From Marsupella aquatica (Eukaryota > Plantae > Marchantiophyta): a DNA stretch of 64,000 bases. Every line of letters begins with the position of its first letter. The stretch's first letter is position 1. The stretch covers positions 3,720,480 to 3,784,479 of the forward strand of contig OZ316898.1 in the NCBI GenBank assembly GCA_973895155.1. Direction: 5' to 3'. Both the position numbers and the translations under genes were made by a program. This document shows, one piece after another, positions 1 to 11,467 of this stretch. The notes below the pieces were generated by a model. That model was not told the DNA's origin. It saw only the letters and a program-made list of their open reading frames with translations, and ran no database searches.

Positions 1-893
1 ATGAGGGCCAATTTACAAGACGAGTGCGAGAATTTGAGTACTTTCTACCAGGGCTGTAACAGAACCCAACTTTTCGTGTACAGTAGGGCTCTAGACCAAT
101 CCAAGGCAGGAATCGTAGGAGAAAGTGGCCTGCCCATTTTCACACCTCCGGAGGTCCGATAGTCTAGAGCCCGGGTGAGAGTCCTGAGCCGGCTAGCCCG
201 AGCTGATCCATACCAGAATGCAGGTTTGGTCAGTAGCTCAACTTGCCGCGCCAATCTTCTAAAGCAACGAGCGCCCGGGCAAGCTGAAATAATGGCTGTG
301 ATTGATTCGATCCTGAAAAAAGAGGGACTAAATTTCCGCGCCTGTCTTGTAAAGTGGCCGTGAGTTAATTTTAATTTGGAAACAAATATGTTCTTGTTTG
401 TGGCTGGTTGTGCTGATGTCGCACAACCTCATGACAAGGAATTTGCAAGGGACTCTCTTGGGGGTGCGTAACTAGAACAGAACTATCTGAAATTTTTTGA
501 AGGCCCCTGTAGCATGTTTCATCCCTTACAAGTCAAATTCTTAGGGAAAACTCAATCATTTAATGCACCTTGCACCAAGGGTTTATTCCAAAAACTTAGC
601 AGCTCCCTTGACCTGGCCAAGAAAACAGTAGTTATTAGAAATAACCCCTGTAAGACACATGATGTGTTAATTTATTGCCTTGTGGGCATTGCCCCCAGGT
701 CCACACAAGTTGCCAATTTGCTTTGAATATTGGTGCTCTTGTAGACTCCTGCACAGTTGGTCTCTTAACAAAGCCGTGTTGCTCAATCTCTGATAAGCAA
801 TTGAACACCAACCCATCAAAAAATAATTTTCTAACCTGGCTCCAATACCCAGTACAAACCCACTATCATGTAGCAGTCTATACCCTAAAATTC

Positions 894-1112
894 TATAATC
901 ATGTGAAAACATAATCCATTATGTCTTCATGCATAGACATACACGTGGTGGACTATGACGCAGCACGCAATGAATATATTGCGGTGGGAAATATATGGTT
1001 GACCATGCAGTTAGACACCACATAAGAACCATGTGTATAGAACCTATGTGGAACCTAGTTTGTAACAAAAGTTTAGTAGAGGCTTGTCCCGGTCCCATCA
1101 AGCATATACCTC
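894..1112. repeat. Dispersed repeat, copy 1 (second copy at ~44559-44828)
   Basis: TATAATCATGTGAAA-ACATAATCCATTATGTCTT...CACCACATAAGAACCATGTGTAT...CCTAGTTTGTAACAAAA...GGTCCCATCAAGCATA recurs collinearly at 44559-44828. Confidence 0.8.
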
Positions 1113-4100
1113 CCATATGATTCAGAGGAAGAGGCAGACGATTTAAACACAACCAATCAATCCCTAACCTAAACCACCACTCTCACACTTTGAACAAGTT
1201 ATTTAAACAAGGAAACAAAGTCAATGTTGAAACTTGCTGCATGATGTGCACGGTGTATTAGAGAGGTATATTGTGTTTTGGAAGAGCTCTATCATGTTGC
1301 AACAAGGTGTTTGGAAGGGTTTAGATGGAAACGTACATATTAGTGATTGGTTGAGGGTTACGAGTTAGCAACTAACCCTAATGCAAGCACCACTGAGATG
1401 GGAAAGATTAGGAGTCCAGTGTGTGGAACGAATCATGGGAAGTTAAGGGGATTGTCATAGAGGGCAGTTGGGAAGAGGACAGCCACCACTCCTAAGGGCA
1501 TAATCTGGGGAGTAAATGAGAAAGGATCATGACCTGCACATGGGAGGGACTGACTGGCAGGTGAAGTCCATAGATAACTCAATCGAATTGGTCTTTCTTC
1601 TACCATTCAGCATAAAACCTTGGAGCATTTGCACAGAGCTAACAATTTTTTTGACCCCCATAACTTTGTTGTAGCAAATGATGTGAATTTTCTGTCTTTC
1701 CACTTGTCATTACAGGAAGATTGGTGATGGAAATATAAGCACAAATTCTCTGACCAAGTGGACCCACCCGCAAAAACAATAATACAGCACTACAAAAAGC
1801 TAATTTGCATTAAATAAAGTTGATTCTTCTCCTAGCCTTTATCCGTAGTTGCAATTGTGCAACTTTTCTTCTCCCTTTTCACATAGGATAGGCCCAATAT
1901 GTCGCCAGTAAAGGACAACTTAACTTTCGTGATAGCAAGTCAGGCCCGATCAATCAGCTTTTGTCAGTTTTTGCAAACATAAATTATTTTTTACTTTCCT
2001 GGCATAGTATAGGCCCATACGTCAGTACTAAAGGGCAAGTAAAGTTTGAGCGAAAAAACGAGTTTTGCAACATAGTAACACTGTTGCACACTTCACACTC
2101 GTAAATCTCTGCTACATGATAGTTTTCTTCCTGTCACTCTAAGAACTTAATAATATATCTCTTCCTCCAACATGCAATTCTAAGAACTTAGGGACTGTTT
2201 AGAATATATGTGGACTGCTCATTTGGCTTGTGAACGATATTTAAACATTAGATAACGAATTTCTCTTTTAGTGGACTGACATCCAACTCTCACGTTAGTG
2301 CAGAATAATATTTCAAGCTTGGAGTATAAGAAGAGCTCTACCGTCACTCATCAGTCATCACGGTCTCAGTCTCACCTCGATGCAAACCCCAAGAAGGCCT
2401 TTTTTTCTTTTTTCAAGAATATATTCCTATTATCACTTTAGAGAAGCGACTATCAAGAAAACTGAACCGAAAAACCAATAGAAGAGACTTAAGCAGATTC
2501 CCAGGTCTCATACGGCTTGAATTCGTTTCTAATTATTTTCTCTTGCACGGGAATCTGGGGCGCCCTTCAATAATGTGACACCCATGAAGCGTAAGACCTG
2601 GACATTAGTGGATGTGGAAGTGGGGGTGAGGGTTGATGCTACTCCTACCATAGAATTTCAAAGGACTACAGTAGTGTACCTACATAAAAATTTAGAAAAA
2701 TGCACCTATATGCAATGAGTACCAATTCATTGGGGTTGCTAATATTCTCGATTTTGCAGCCCCTTTGCTTACCAATGTTGCAAAAGCGCCGACAGCTAGA
2801 ACTGAGGACTGATAATGGCCTTGAGAAATGTGGCAGTCCGAATTAGAGGAGAGGGGAGGTAGACATGTTTTTCAAGAAATTTTCAACAACAAATGGCTCC
2901 AAATCAGCATGGATAGCTCTCACCAGGGTAATTTGTGATATTTGTTTTTTGCCAGGGGCATGTTGTGTGTAAGAGAGGGAGGTGATGAATATCTAAGGAC
3001 TAGGCGGGCAACTGCATACTCAAAGACAACAAATTTGAAAAACTTTTGTCCAAAGTGACGAAGACTTTCAGGAGATGGAATTTGGCAAATTTTTGCCAAA
3101 ATTAAAATAAAACATCTGGCTCTCGAAGGTTTGTGTTGTATTACCCTCAACAACACTTTTCAACGAGTGGGGTGATTGTGCTTTTGTTCTCTTTGTGATG
3201 GGAAAGGGGCTATAGACCTGGCCCAGTACAGGCAGTGTCACAACCATCACAAGCAGATGCAAGTCTATGGCATAGGGAAAGCCTATGAAGCTTTATTCCA
3301 ACAAGAAACTACCACACATGAATCTATCTCTACTATAAAGCAACATGCAAAGTTAGATCTATTTCGGTGTAGACTGAAACTTTTAGGTCATTATTTCAAA
3401 AAGAAGACATAAATAATCCGAGGTAGAAGGACTAAAGTTTATATGAGTGGAAAATGACAGATTACATATGAAAGAGGTGGAGGTAATAGGTACCATTAGG
3501 AAGGTGAAGGTACACTTGACGTCAGGTATATCTTAGGCTCACTTAAAGATATTCTTCCAAGGCACGGAGAATGTTTTCCGTAAAATATACCCAGGATGGA
3601 CACAAGGGTTATTTGAAGCCCGGCTGGATTTCTAAAGTTTGGGGGGAAACAACTTTTAAAAAGCTCAAGCATAATTACCTACAGTTTTGGTATAAACGTG
3701 ACTTGGAAGTGGGCTCCCACCATTTGCGGTCGGTTCAATTAGTCATCGAATGCTCATTTGCCAATCATGCCCAAACTACTTGGGGCATCCCCCCGCCCCC
3801 CAGACACACACACATCCACCTGAGACTTTTTCAGGCTAGGGAATCACTAAATCGTAAGAAAATTAAATTAATTGTCTTACCCTACTAATTCGGAATATTA
3901 GTGAAATAATTAAAATCTTTCCTTTAGTTGCAAGTAACCAGATTGGACTTAAAAGACTCTAAAGTTTTTGTCCGTCTTCCTTTAGAACCAATAAAGTGCC
4001 TATATTTAATCGCACTGGATATATTATTTTGCAGAATTGAGACCCCAAAGGACTAGTGGAGAGGGCCTATACCTTGGCAGAGCACTTTATTTGTGTTCAC

Positions 4101-4860
4101 TCTTGAAGACTGGACTGAGAGAAGGGGATTGCATCATATAAAAGCTTGTGGTTTGTCAAGGTACATAGCAAATGTAAGATGTTTTTGCAGAGTTGATTTT
4201 TGTCTTGGATTGTGGACAAAGCCTAGACAGGGTGAACTGTGTCTAGTTCCGTGACTTGACATCATGATATAAGATTCAATTTAAATGTACAAAGTGGTCA
4301 TGAGAGGTTCCATGTGACAGTGCTAGAAAGGTTGGTATTATTTCAACAAAATTGGTCATTCATAGTTCATACCCCAAACTACTTAGGACATCCTCTATAA
4401 AAGTTAAGCATTCCCCCCAAAAAGGTCATTTGCCTCGCATGCCCCAACTCTTCATGGCATCCTTCACAAAATGTAAACATCTTTCTCAATAGTAGTAATT
4501 TGCAACTCATGGCATCCTTCCCAAAAGTTGAGCATTTAAGTTCTCAGAAGTGGTTATTTTCTGCTCATACCCAACCTATGGAGCATCCTTCACAAAAGCA
4601 AAGAATTTGTTGGCAGTTGGTTTATAATATTTTGACCACTTTCTGAGCTCATAAGGAATGGAGCAAATGATCTCATAAAATCTCAAAAATTGTGAGGTGG
4701 TAGATTGGACATCATATGACATGCCAATAAAAATGATTCAAAGATCCTATGTATGTCCTAACAAACAAGTCCACTAAAACCCAGATATACAAGTTTGCCA
4801 AAAATCAGTAATTTACAATTGGTTGGAGCATTTGAATTGAAAAAACTACTTGGGAGCTTT

Positions 4861-5159
4861 CTTGAGGGCCTCACTCCAAGGGAGTTCACACATCGCGTGC
4901 AATGTTTTCAGGTAATAAAGACCCTAAAACTTAAGAAAATACTATAATTTTAAACTATTTTTCAAACCCTAACGTTATTGAATATTTTAGGAATATTCTC
5001 AAATTTGGTATTGAAAAACCCCTATAGTTCTTATAATTCTGAAAATTGGAGTAAGGCACCCCTAATGTGCTTCAACAAAAAAATCCACCCAAATGAACTA
5101 AAAATCCCCTAACTTATTTGTGCACGATGGATCAGCAGGAAAGAAGTGAGGACTTCAGG
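4861..5159. mobile_element. MITE family A (8-bp TSD family), degenerate copy
   Basis: Termini CTTGAGGGCCTCACT...AGTGAGGACTTCAGG. The internal sequence (ACCCTAAAACTTAAG, TTCTTATAATTCT, CTTCAACAAAA) is collinear with the copies at 55671 and 60298. Flanks match only 5/8 (GGAGCTTT/GGCATTTT). Confidence 0.75.
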
Positions 5160-5513
5160 GGCATTTTTCCGAAAGTGAAGCATCCTTCTAATGCACCTGG
5201 TCACTTTGTCTTTCTACACAATGTAAGTTGGCCAATGACTTTACATGGTTGATGGGGATGGACATAACAAACTAGATAACAAACCTTGGGTCCATCTGGG
5301 CTTTAAATTCATCTTTTCCAATCCAACCGAGGAGACAATTGTTTTTGTTCTTGGTTTTGGGGGGAGCACTCAGTTGTAGTGGCAGATTTTGGGGAGCTGA
5401 GGAATTTTACAATGCCTATGCTATGGATGGGAAAATTAAATTAAATTTTTCTTTTTAATTACAGTAAGTGTTTTCTGAGGTACTTGGTCCAAAAGTATTA
5501 ACAAGCGATTGAA

Positions 5514-5868
5514 TGTTCTAGGCATTTAGTCTGAGGTCTAGAGTTACTATGTTACCACAGTTAGTCCAACTATAGTCAAGTGCTTTGCTAATGTTAGATG
5601 TCACAGACTGCTATATTCACTAGCAGGACTTAGTTACATATTGGAACTTAAGTTCATTGTTACCGAGCCAAATGGGAGATAAGAAGAGCTTAGTCTTTGA
5701 AGACTCGATAGCCAACGGGCTTAGAGTTAAATAAAGCTCTTTAATGTGTTGCCGTGAACGTAGCCTCTGGTGTGGTGAACCTTGTATTTTCTATGTTGAC
5801 TACTTGTCTGTTTGTTGGATGCTGCATATGTGCGTGTTGTCTTATGAGTAGCTATCATTTCCTCAACA
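5514..5868 (+). mobile_element. Probable copia solo-LTR remnant
   Basis: TG...TCAACA ends and ~350 bp length. It carries GTGAACGTAGCC...GGTGAACC, a motif shared with the LTRs of both copia elements in this window. No TSD found, so the boundaries are approximate. Confidence 0.45.
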
Positions 5869-6911
5869 AAGTTTGCACTTCAAACTTGGGACATATACTT
5901 AGATCTAACCTTGTTACAATATAGCACCTTTCAAAATTAAGTCCAAATTCTTTTGCCTTCCATTTCCAAATCTATATCCTCCCAAGTATGGAACCTCTTT
6001 CTGCCCCCTCCAAAAGGTGGCCCAGCCCCTTTCTTGGAAACCTCTCAAGTCACCCCTCCTGGGGAAGTTAGCCAGAGCAGTCCACTGCATGAGACCATAT
6101 GAAACAACTGAAAAGCTGATACCAGAAAATTGGCATGAAAAGCAGCTAAGTCAATACCTACTGTAGGAGGAGGGGAAGTTATCACAATGTAGTCAGCAAT
6201 TACATGCACTGGCTGCGGAAAGAGTTGCGGTCATTATGTCTTCAACATGCGGTAGGGATAACTACTTCTTCTTTAATCTGCTGTTCTGAGTTTGTTGAGA
6301 GGGGTGTGAAAGTACTCTAGATCTTGAGAGACCCATGGTACTGTCCTCCACATTATTGGTGTCATAAAGCACAAGAGATGGGTGACTTTAGTGTGTGGAA
6401 TCTCCTGTAGCTATGTGCCACAAGTTTAGTATCCTAATTTCTGTGAACAACCGATCACAACACTCTAAACTGACTTAAATATGATAAATGCAATCAGTTT
6501 ATTTAACCTCTTTCCAAAGTAATGCATCTACTCATGGGTTTGTGCCTGCATCAAAGACAATATTGGCGAGTCAATAAAGAGACACATAGCTCGAGGAAGT
6601 AGTTTCCTTAGTTTTCTCGAGGGAGTCATGTGAACCATCTTTTCAGAAGTTGATCACTTACTCTTCACACTGTGGGCTTCTGAAGGTTTGAGCAACTAAG
6701 TATGACATTGATGCTGGCCCTTGATATTTGATGGAGTCCATTGTTTTGGGAGAAATGGTTTCGAGAGACCTTTAGATTGAACCTATATCGTCTAATTTCA
6801 CTCCCACTTGTGACACCTCCAAATTTCCAAAGATGATGGAATTGTTTACTTGCCACATTTCACTGATCAAAGTACCACGTACTTTATGAGACCAGATAAG
6901 TATTTTGCGGC

Positions 6912-7120
6912 AGTCCATCTGGGTTGCAAACGTTTTTCCAAGCATTTTGGAAAATGTGTAGGTCCATCTGTGTTTTAAACGTCCATCCTAACATTTTTGC
7001 AAATGAGTAGGTCGATCCAGGTTACACAAGTCTATCCCAACCATTTTGGCAAATGAGTTATGAGTAGGTCGATCCAGGTCTATCCCAACCATTTTGGCAA
7101 ATGCGTAGGTCCATCCTGGA
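6912..7120. repeat. Degenerate ~50-bp tandem repeat
   Basis: Recurring GTCCATC/GTCGATCC...CATTTTGGCAAATG.GTAG units, about 4 copies. Confidence 0.6.
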
Positions 7121-8145
7121 TTCAATTTTGTCAGGCTGGCTTTCACTATTTTAAAATAATACCTTTGAATATAACTATTCTGAACGATTCTTAATCAATG
7201 ACAATGATGATTTCTTGTGTACCAGATAGATAGTAGCAACCTATTTAGGCTTTACAGGGTTGGATATTTTGTTTGAACAGTAACTTCTTGAATGGGGTTG
7301 CTTTCGGGATAAACGAACAAACACATCGAAATGTAACGTATCGGCAGGGTGACAGGGTGAGGTCAGGGACCTCTTGAAGGATTTGGAAAGTACCCGCGAA
7401 TTGTTCCTTGTCTTACAGAGCAGATGCGAAGACTATGTCATACGTAAAACTCCTAAATTGATTCTTGATCCTTAGACCTTAGTAGATTTAACGAAAACCG
7501 TCGGATTGTGTCTAATGAACACTTTTGTGTCATAATACCATGCAAATGAGACACAGAAAGTGGCTATTGATCCTGATGTAGGCCGAAAAAACAGTGGTCA
7601 GGGTGTGTCATGAGAAACTGGCAAATCAGATTACACGAAAAGGGGCGCATAAAAAATCTCATGGAGGCGGAACTTTGAAAGAAAAACACTGGTCAGGGTC
7701 GCTTACCACACCACTGGCGTCCTCGATTTCTGTGTACAGTCCAGTCCTACAGTCCTGTAATGCAAAGGCTGGCTCCGCTGGACTGTGGAGTGGAGCCCGG
7801 ACGGCCCGAGTCTAGAGGACTGTAGGCGACTGTAGCGCGAAGGGACGTCCTAGAACGACGTGAGTGGCACTGCACTTTGCACTGCTGGCCTGGATCTGAT
7901 CGAGTCGCGTCCTGTCTTGACCTGCGCTAGTTTGTCCACGGGTACACCACTGTCAGGGAGGGAATCATGTACGGCCATAGCGGCGCCGTCACGAAGTACT
8001 TTCGTGATCCAGTGGGAAGCAAAGGGGAAACGGACTGTCAGCCCGTACAGTACAAGAGGACCCCAGAACGAACGAAGGGAGGAGGAGCCACCGTTGGAAA
8101 GACGTGTTGTACGTTGTTGTTCTGCGCGTGATGAGGAGGACTGTC

Positions 8146-9960
8146 TTCGGTCGCTTCTCGTTCCAACGCCTTGCTACATCACCGTTTTCTCTACTGGCGA
8201 ATATATCGCCCGTCAGTAATTCAGTATAGTATGCATAGGAAAGGCTCCCGAACCAGTTTCACACGACTCCCTATAATAAAAATATGAAAGATATGTGTTA
8301 CTCGTCTAGATAAATTGTGAGCTGTGGTTTCGGTTCCTCCTCTTTCCAACGCCTCGCTAGATCACCGATTTCTCTACTGGCCCGTCAGTACAATACTACA
8401 GTAGTATGCATAGGAAGGATTCCCGTACCGGTCTCACGCGCCACTCTGTGATACAAGATGTTTTACAATGTGTTACTATGAGCTACGGTTTCGGTCGCGT
8501 CTATTTCCAACGCCTTGCTAAATTATTGGTTTCCCTATTGGCGAATATTTCCCCTGTGTATAGTGTGTATAATATGTATAGAAAGGGATCCGGTACCAGT
8601 TTCACAAGCCATATAGATATATAGCATGTTCATCGATGACATGTTTTTTTCTTTTTTCTTGTAATGATATATAATTTATCCAATTTATTTATGATCAAAT
8701 AAGAAAATAGATGTAAAATACCTGCCAAAAGATAATATTTTAATTAAATGTGAATAGGATAATGCGCAAATACATGACTACACATGCAAAAAAAAGCACA
8801 TAAGGACCAAGGAAAGTACAAAGGTACAAAGCTACTGAATAGTTGTGCACGCTAGCCTATTCTTTGAAAGTTAATAGAGACTAACATAAAAACAATTTGT
8901 AAAAAACATCCTATACTATGTTCTTTTCATCTTTGCCCCATCCCAATTCTTTGAAAGTTAATAGAGACTAACATAAAAACAATTTGTAAAAAACATCCTA
9001 TACTATGTTATTTTCATCTTTGCCCCATCCCTGTATAAGATTTGTTTCCCCTCATTCTGTTATTCCTCATTTTTAATTTTTTCCTTAATTAGTCATTGTC
9101 ATTTTTGTCCCTTAGTGAGAGTTACTCTCTCAAGGCTTCATTCTCAGTCAACTCAATTAAAACCATATATTTTGTAAATAAAACCATGAGGGGAACTTAG
9201 TACACCAGATGTGCAAATTGTTCAAAATCATTTTTCTCACACTCATGAGAAAATATAATTCATTAAGAAGTGATTGAACAGTAAAGACTAAACATTTAGG
9301 AGGGAAGCCAAAATAAACTCCAAATACTCCAATTCAACTAAAATTAAAGGCGTCCAAAACTTAATTCAAAATCTAATTAATACAATTGATTCACCTAGTT
9401 AAGGCACATTAAAATCAAAATATTGGACACAAAATCTGAATAGGACAAAAAATGAAAGCTAAATTCACCATATACATAGCAATACACCATAAATATTGCA
9501 ATGTCAAAACTATCTAAGGGATGCGCCTATGTCTAGTATGCATCGAAAGGGATCAAAACTATCTTAGGGATGCGCCGATGTATATTATGCATAGACAGGA
9601 ATCGAGTTTCACAAGCCAAATATGTGGTAAAACTATGAAATAATGTGTTACATCATTGACCTATGGTTTCGGTCCGTTCTCCTTCCAAAGACTTCCTAAA
9701 GCAACGTTTTCTCTACTGGCGAATATTTCCAGTCAGATCAGTATGCATACATAGGAAAGGCTCCCGTACCAGTTTCACACGCCACTTTGTTGGTAGAGTA
9801 AAAATTATGAGCTGTGGTTTCGGTCCCTTCTCTTTCCAATGCTTTGCAAAATCATTGTTTTCTCTGATGGCGAATACTTCCAGTCAGTTCACTATGCATA
9901 TGAAGGGCTCGAGTACCAGTCCTACACGCCAATCTGTGGTAAACATATGTGTTACCAGGT
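8146..9960. repeat. Degenerate 150-185 bp tandem array interrupted by an AT-rich insert (~8625-9500)
   Basis: Unit starts (TTCGGT) at 8146, 8329, 8490, 9668 and 9819, plus a partial unit at ~9530-9667. Conserved blocks: TTCCAACGCC, TTTCTCTACTGGCGAATAT, ATGCATAGGAAAGGCTCCCGTACCAGTTTCACACGCCA. Confidence 0.8.
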
Positions 9961-10949
9961 ACATATCACTTATGGTTTTCACTAGGGATTCGGTCACTGG
10001 GATATTTTGAATAAAAAAACATACGAACAGATTAAGTATAGGAGTCATGGTTGCTCTTTATGATCTTAGATATGCTAGCATATACTACCGGATAGGCTAT
10101 GACCTGTGGTTAAAATCTTAAAATATATAGCAATAGATAGAATAGAATGTAACCTATGGGTGCACTTTAGGGAGTAGATCACGAATGACGAACTTCGATC
10201 GACTGTACGATTATAGATCCATAGATAGATAGATTCCATCCGATCCACATATTTTTGATCAGTTTAAATTCACACAACTTTTGTGTTTCATTGGCAAGTA
10301 TTCCAACCGAGCCAACTAATTAGCCACAATGTAACAACTCCTAAAATCTAGGGATATCTAACAGTAATAAACAAATCCCACAGAATTTATTTCTAGCATC
10401 CCCTCCCTAAACCGGCTGAGGCAGAGCCTTTGGGATCCAGGTTTTGATTCGTACTCCCACAACCTGGGGGAGAGTGGCCTTTTAATTTAGGAGATAGCAA
10501 ACCCCACCCTAGCAAGCACGCTTCACCCCGGCAACCTAAACAAACCTTCAGAATTCCCTGCTTTTGGACTGACCGGGAGGGGGGCCTGTAGCCAGTCACG
10601 ATCTCACCCTATGAGGGAATGGCTATTAACCAATGCTCAAAACTCCATTTGACAATCATTCAGTGTTCTCATTCACAGCTAACTATTGTCTACATGTCAC
10701 GTACAAGTTGCTCAACTCTAAGGGCTGTCTTGCATGTGCAAGAGTCCTGCGCAAAGCCATTCTTACGGCCCACAGATGTCGGGGAAAAGTGGGAGTGTGA
10801 ATCTAAACACAATCTTTGGAAGTTTACGTGTGACGTGCTCACTCCATCGCATCTACTTCTTTGTCGTTCACACCGCAAATTCTACAGGGCAGGATGCAGG
10901 AGCTTCTGCACTAAAACTTGCCCCTGCAAAGTCGATGCCTACATATTTC

Positions 10950-11273
10950 TATGAGGAGAAATCAGATCAGGGAAAACACTCCAAACATACACGTGCTCAA
11001 TAATTACGTGGTTCGCCTCAAGGTTGGCTACGTCCACGGGAAGACCAAGTTTTATTAACGGTTATGTGTCTACTCAAGCATCACCATAGCTCTCATCTCT
11101 TCAAGCTCTCATCTCTTGCTATATCACTATGTTCTCTCTTGAGAACTCTCTTGTGTGTTCTCACACCACATACAAGTTGAAGAGATAAGGACCAATCTCT
11201 TCAACTAGGGTTTACTCTAACCCTAGTTAACATACTAACCATAGTTCAACCCAAGACTGAGTTAACCTCTACA
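10950..11273 (-). repeat. 3' LTR of copia element 1
   Basis: Near-identical to 16663-16986 (about 10 substitutions by hand count). PPT-like AGTCAAGGGGGAGTT (reverse complement of 11274-11288) is adjacent. Confidence 0.95.
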
Positions 11274-11467
11274 AACTCCCCCTTGACTCACGTCTTGGGA
11301 GGGTTCATAACATTGTCTTTTCCATACAAGTTCCTCTGCGAGAAGTTCAAGACAGTAGAGCCAAAAGATCCTCCCCCTAATGCAAGGGTTAACTAGAACT
11401 GAACCGTAGCCGATAAGCCATCGGATGGAGTACTCATATAGAGACATTTTCTTGGTTAACTCTATAT

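Noticed and set aside
457-699. Possible further MITE (CTTGGGGGTGC...GCATTGCCCCCAGG)
   Set aside because: The termini resemble family A, but there is no TSD and the internal similarity is weak.
3015-3420. Possible LINE ORF2 remnant (KFEKLLSKVTKTFRRWNL...; GIGKAYEAL)
   Set aside because: The resemblance is too short and degenerate to support without BLASTX.
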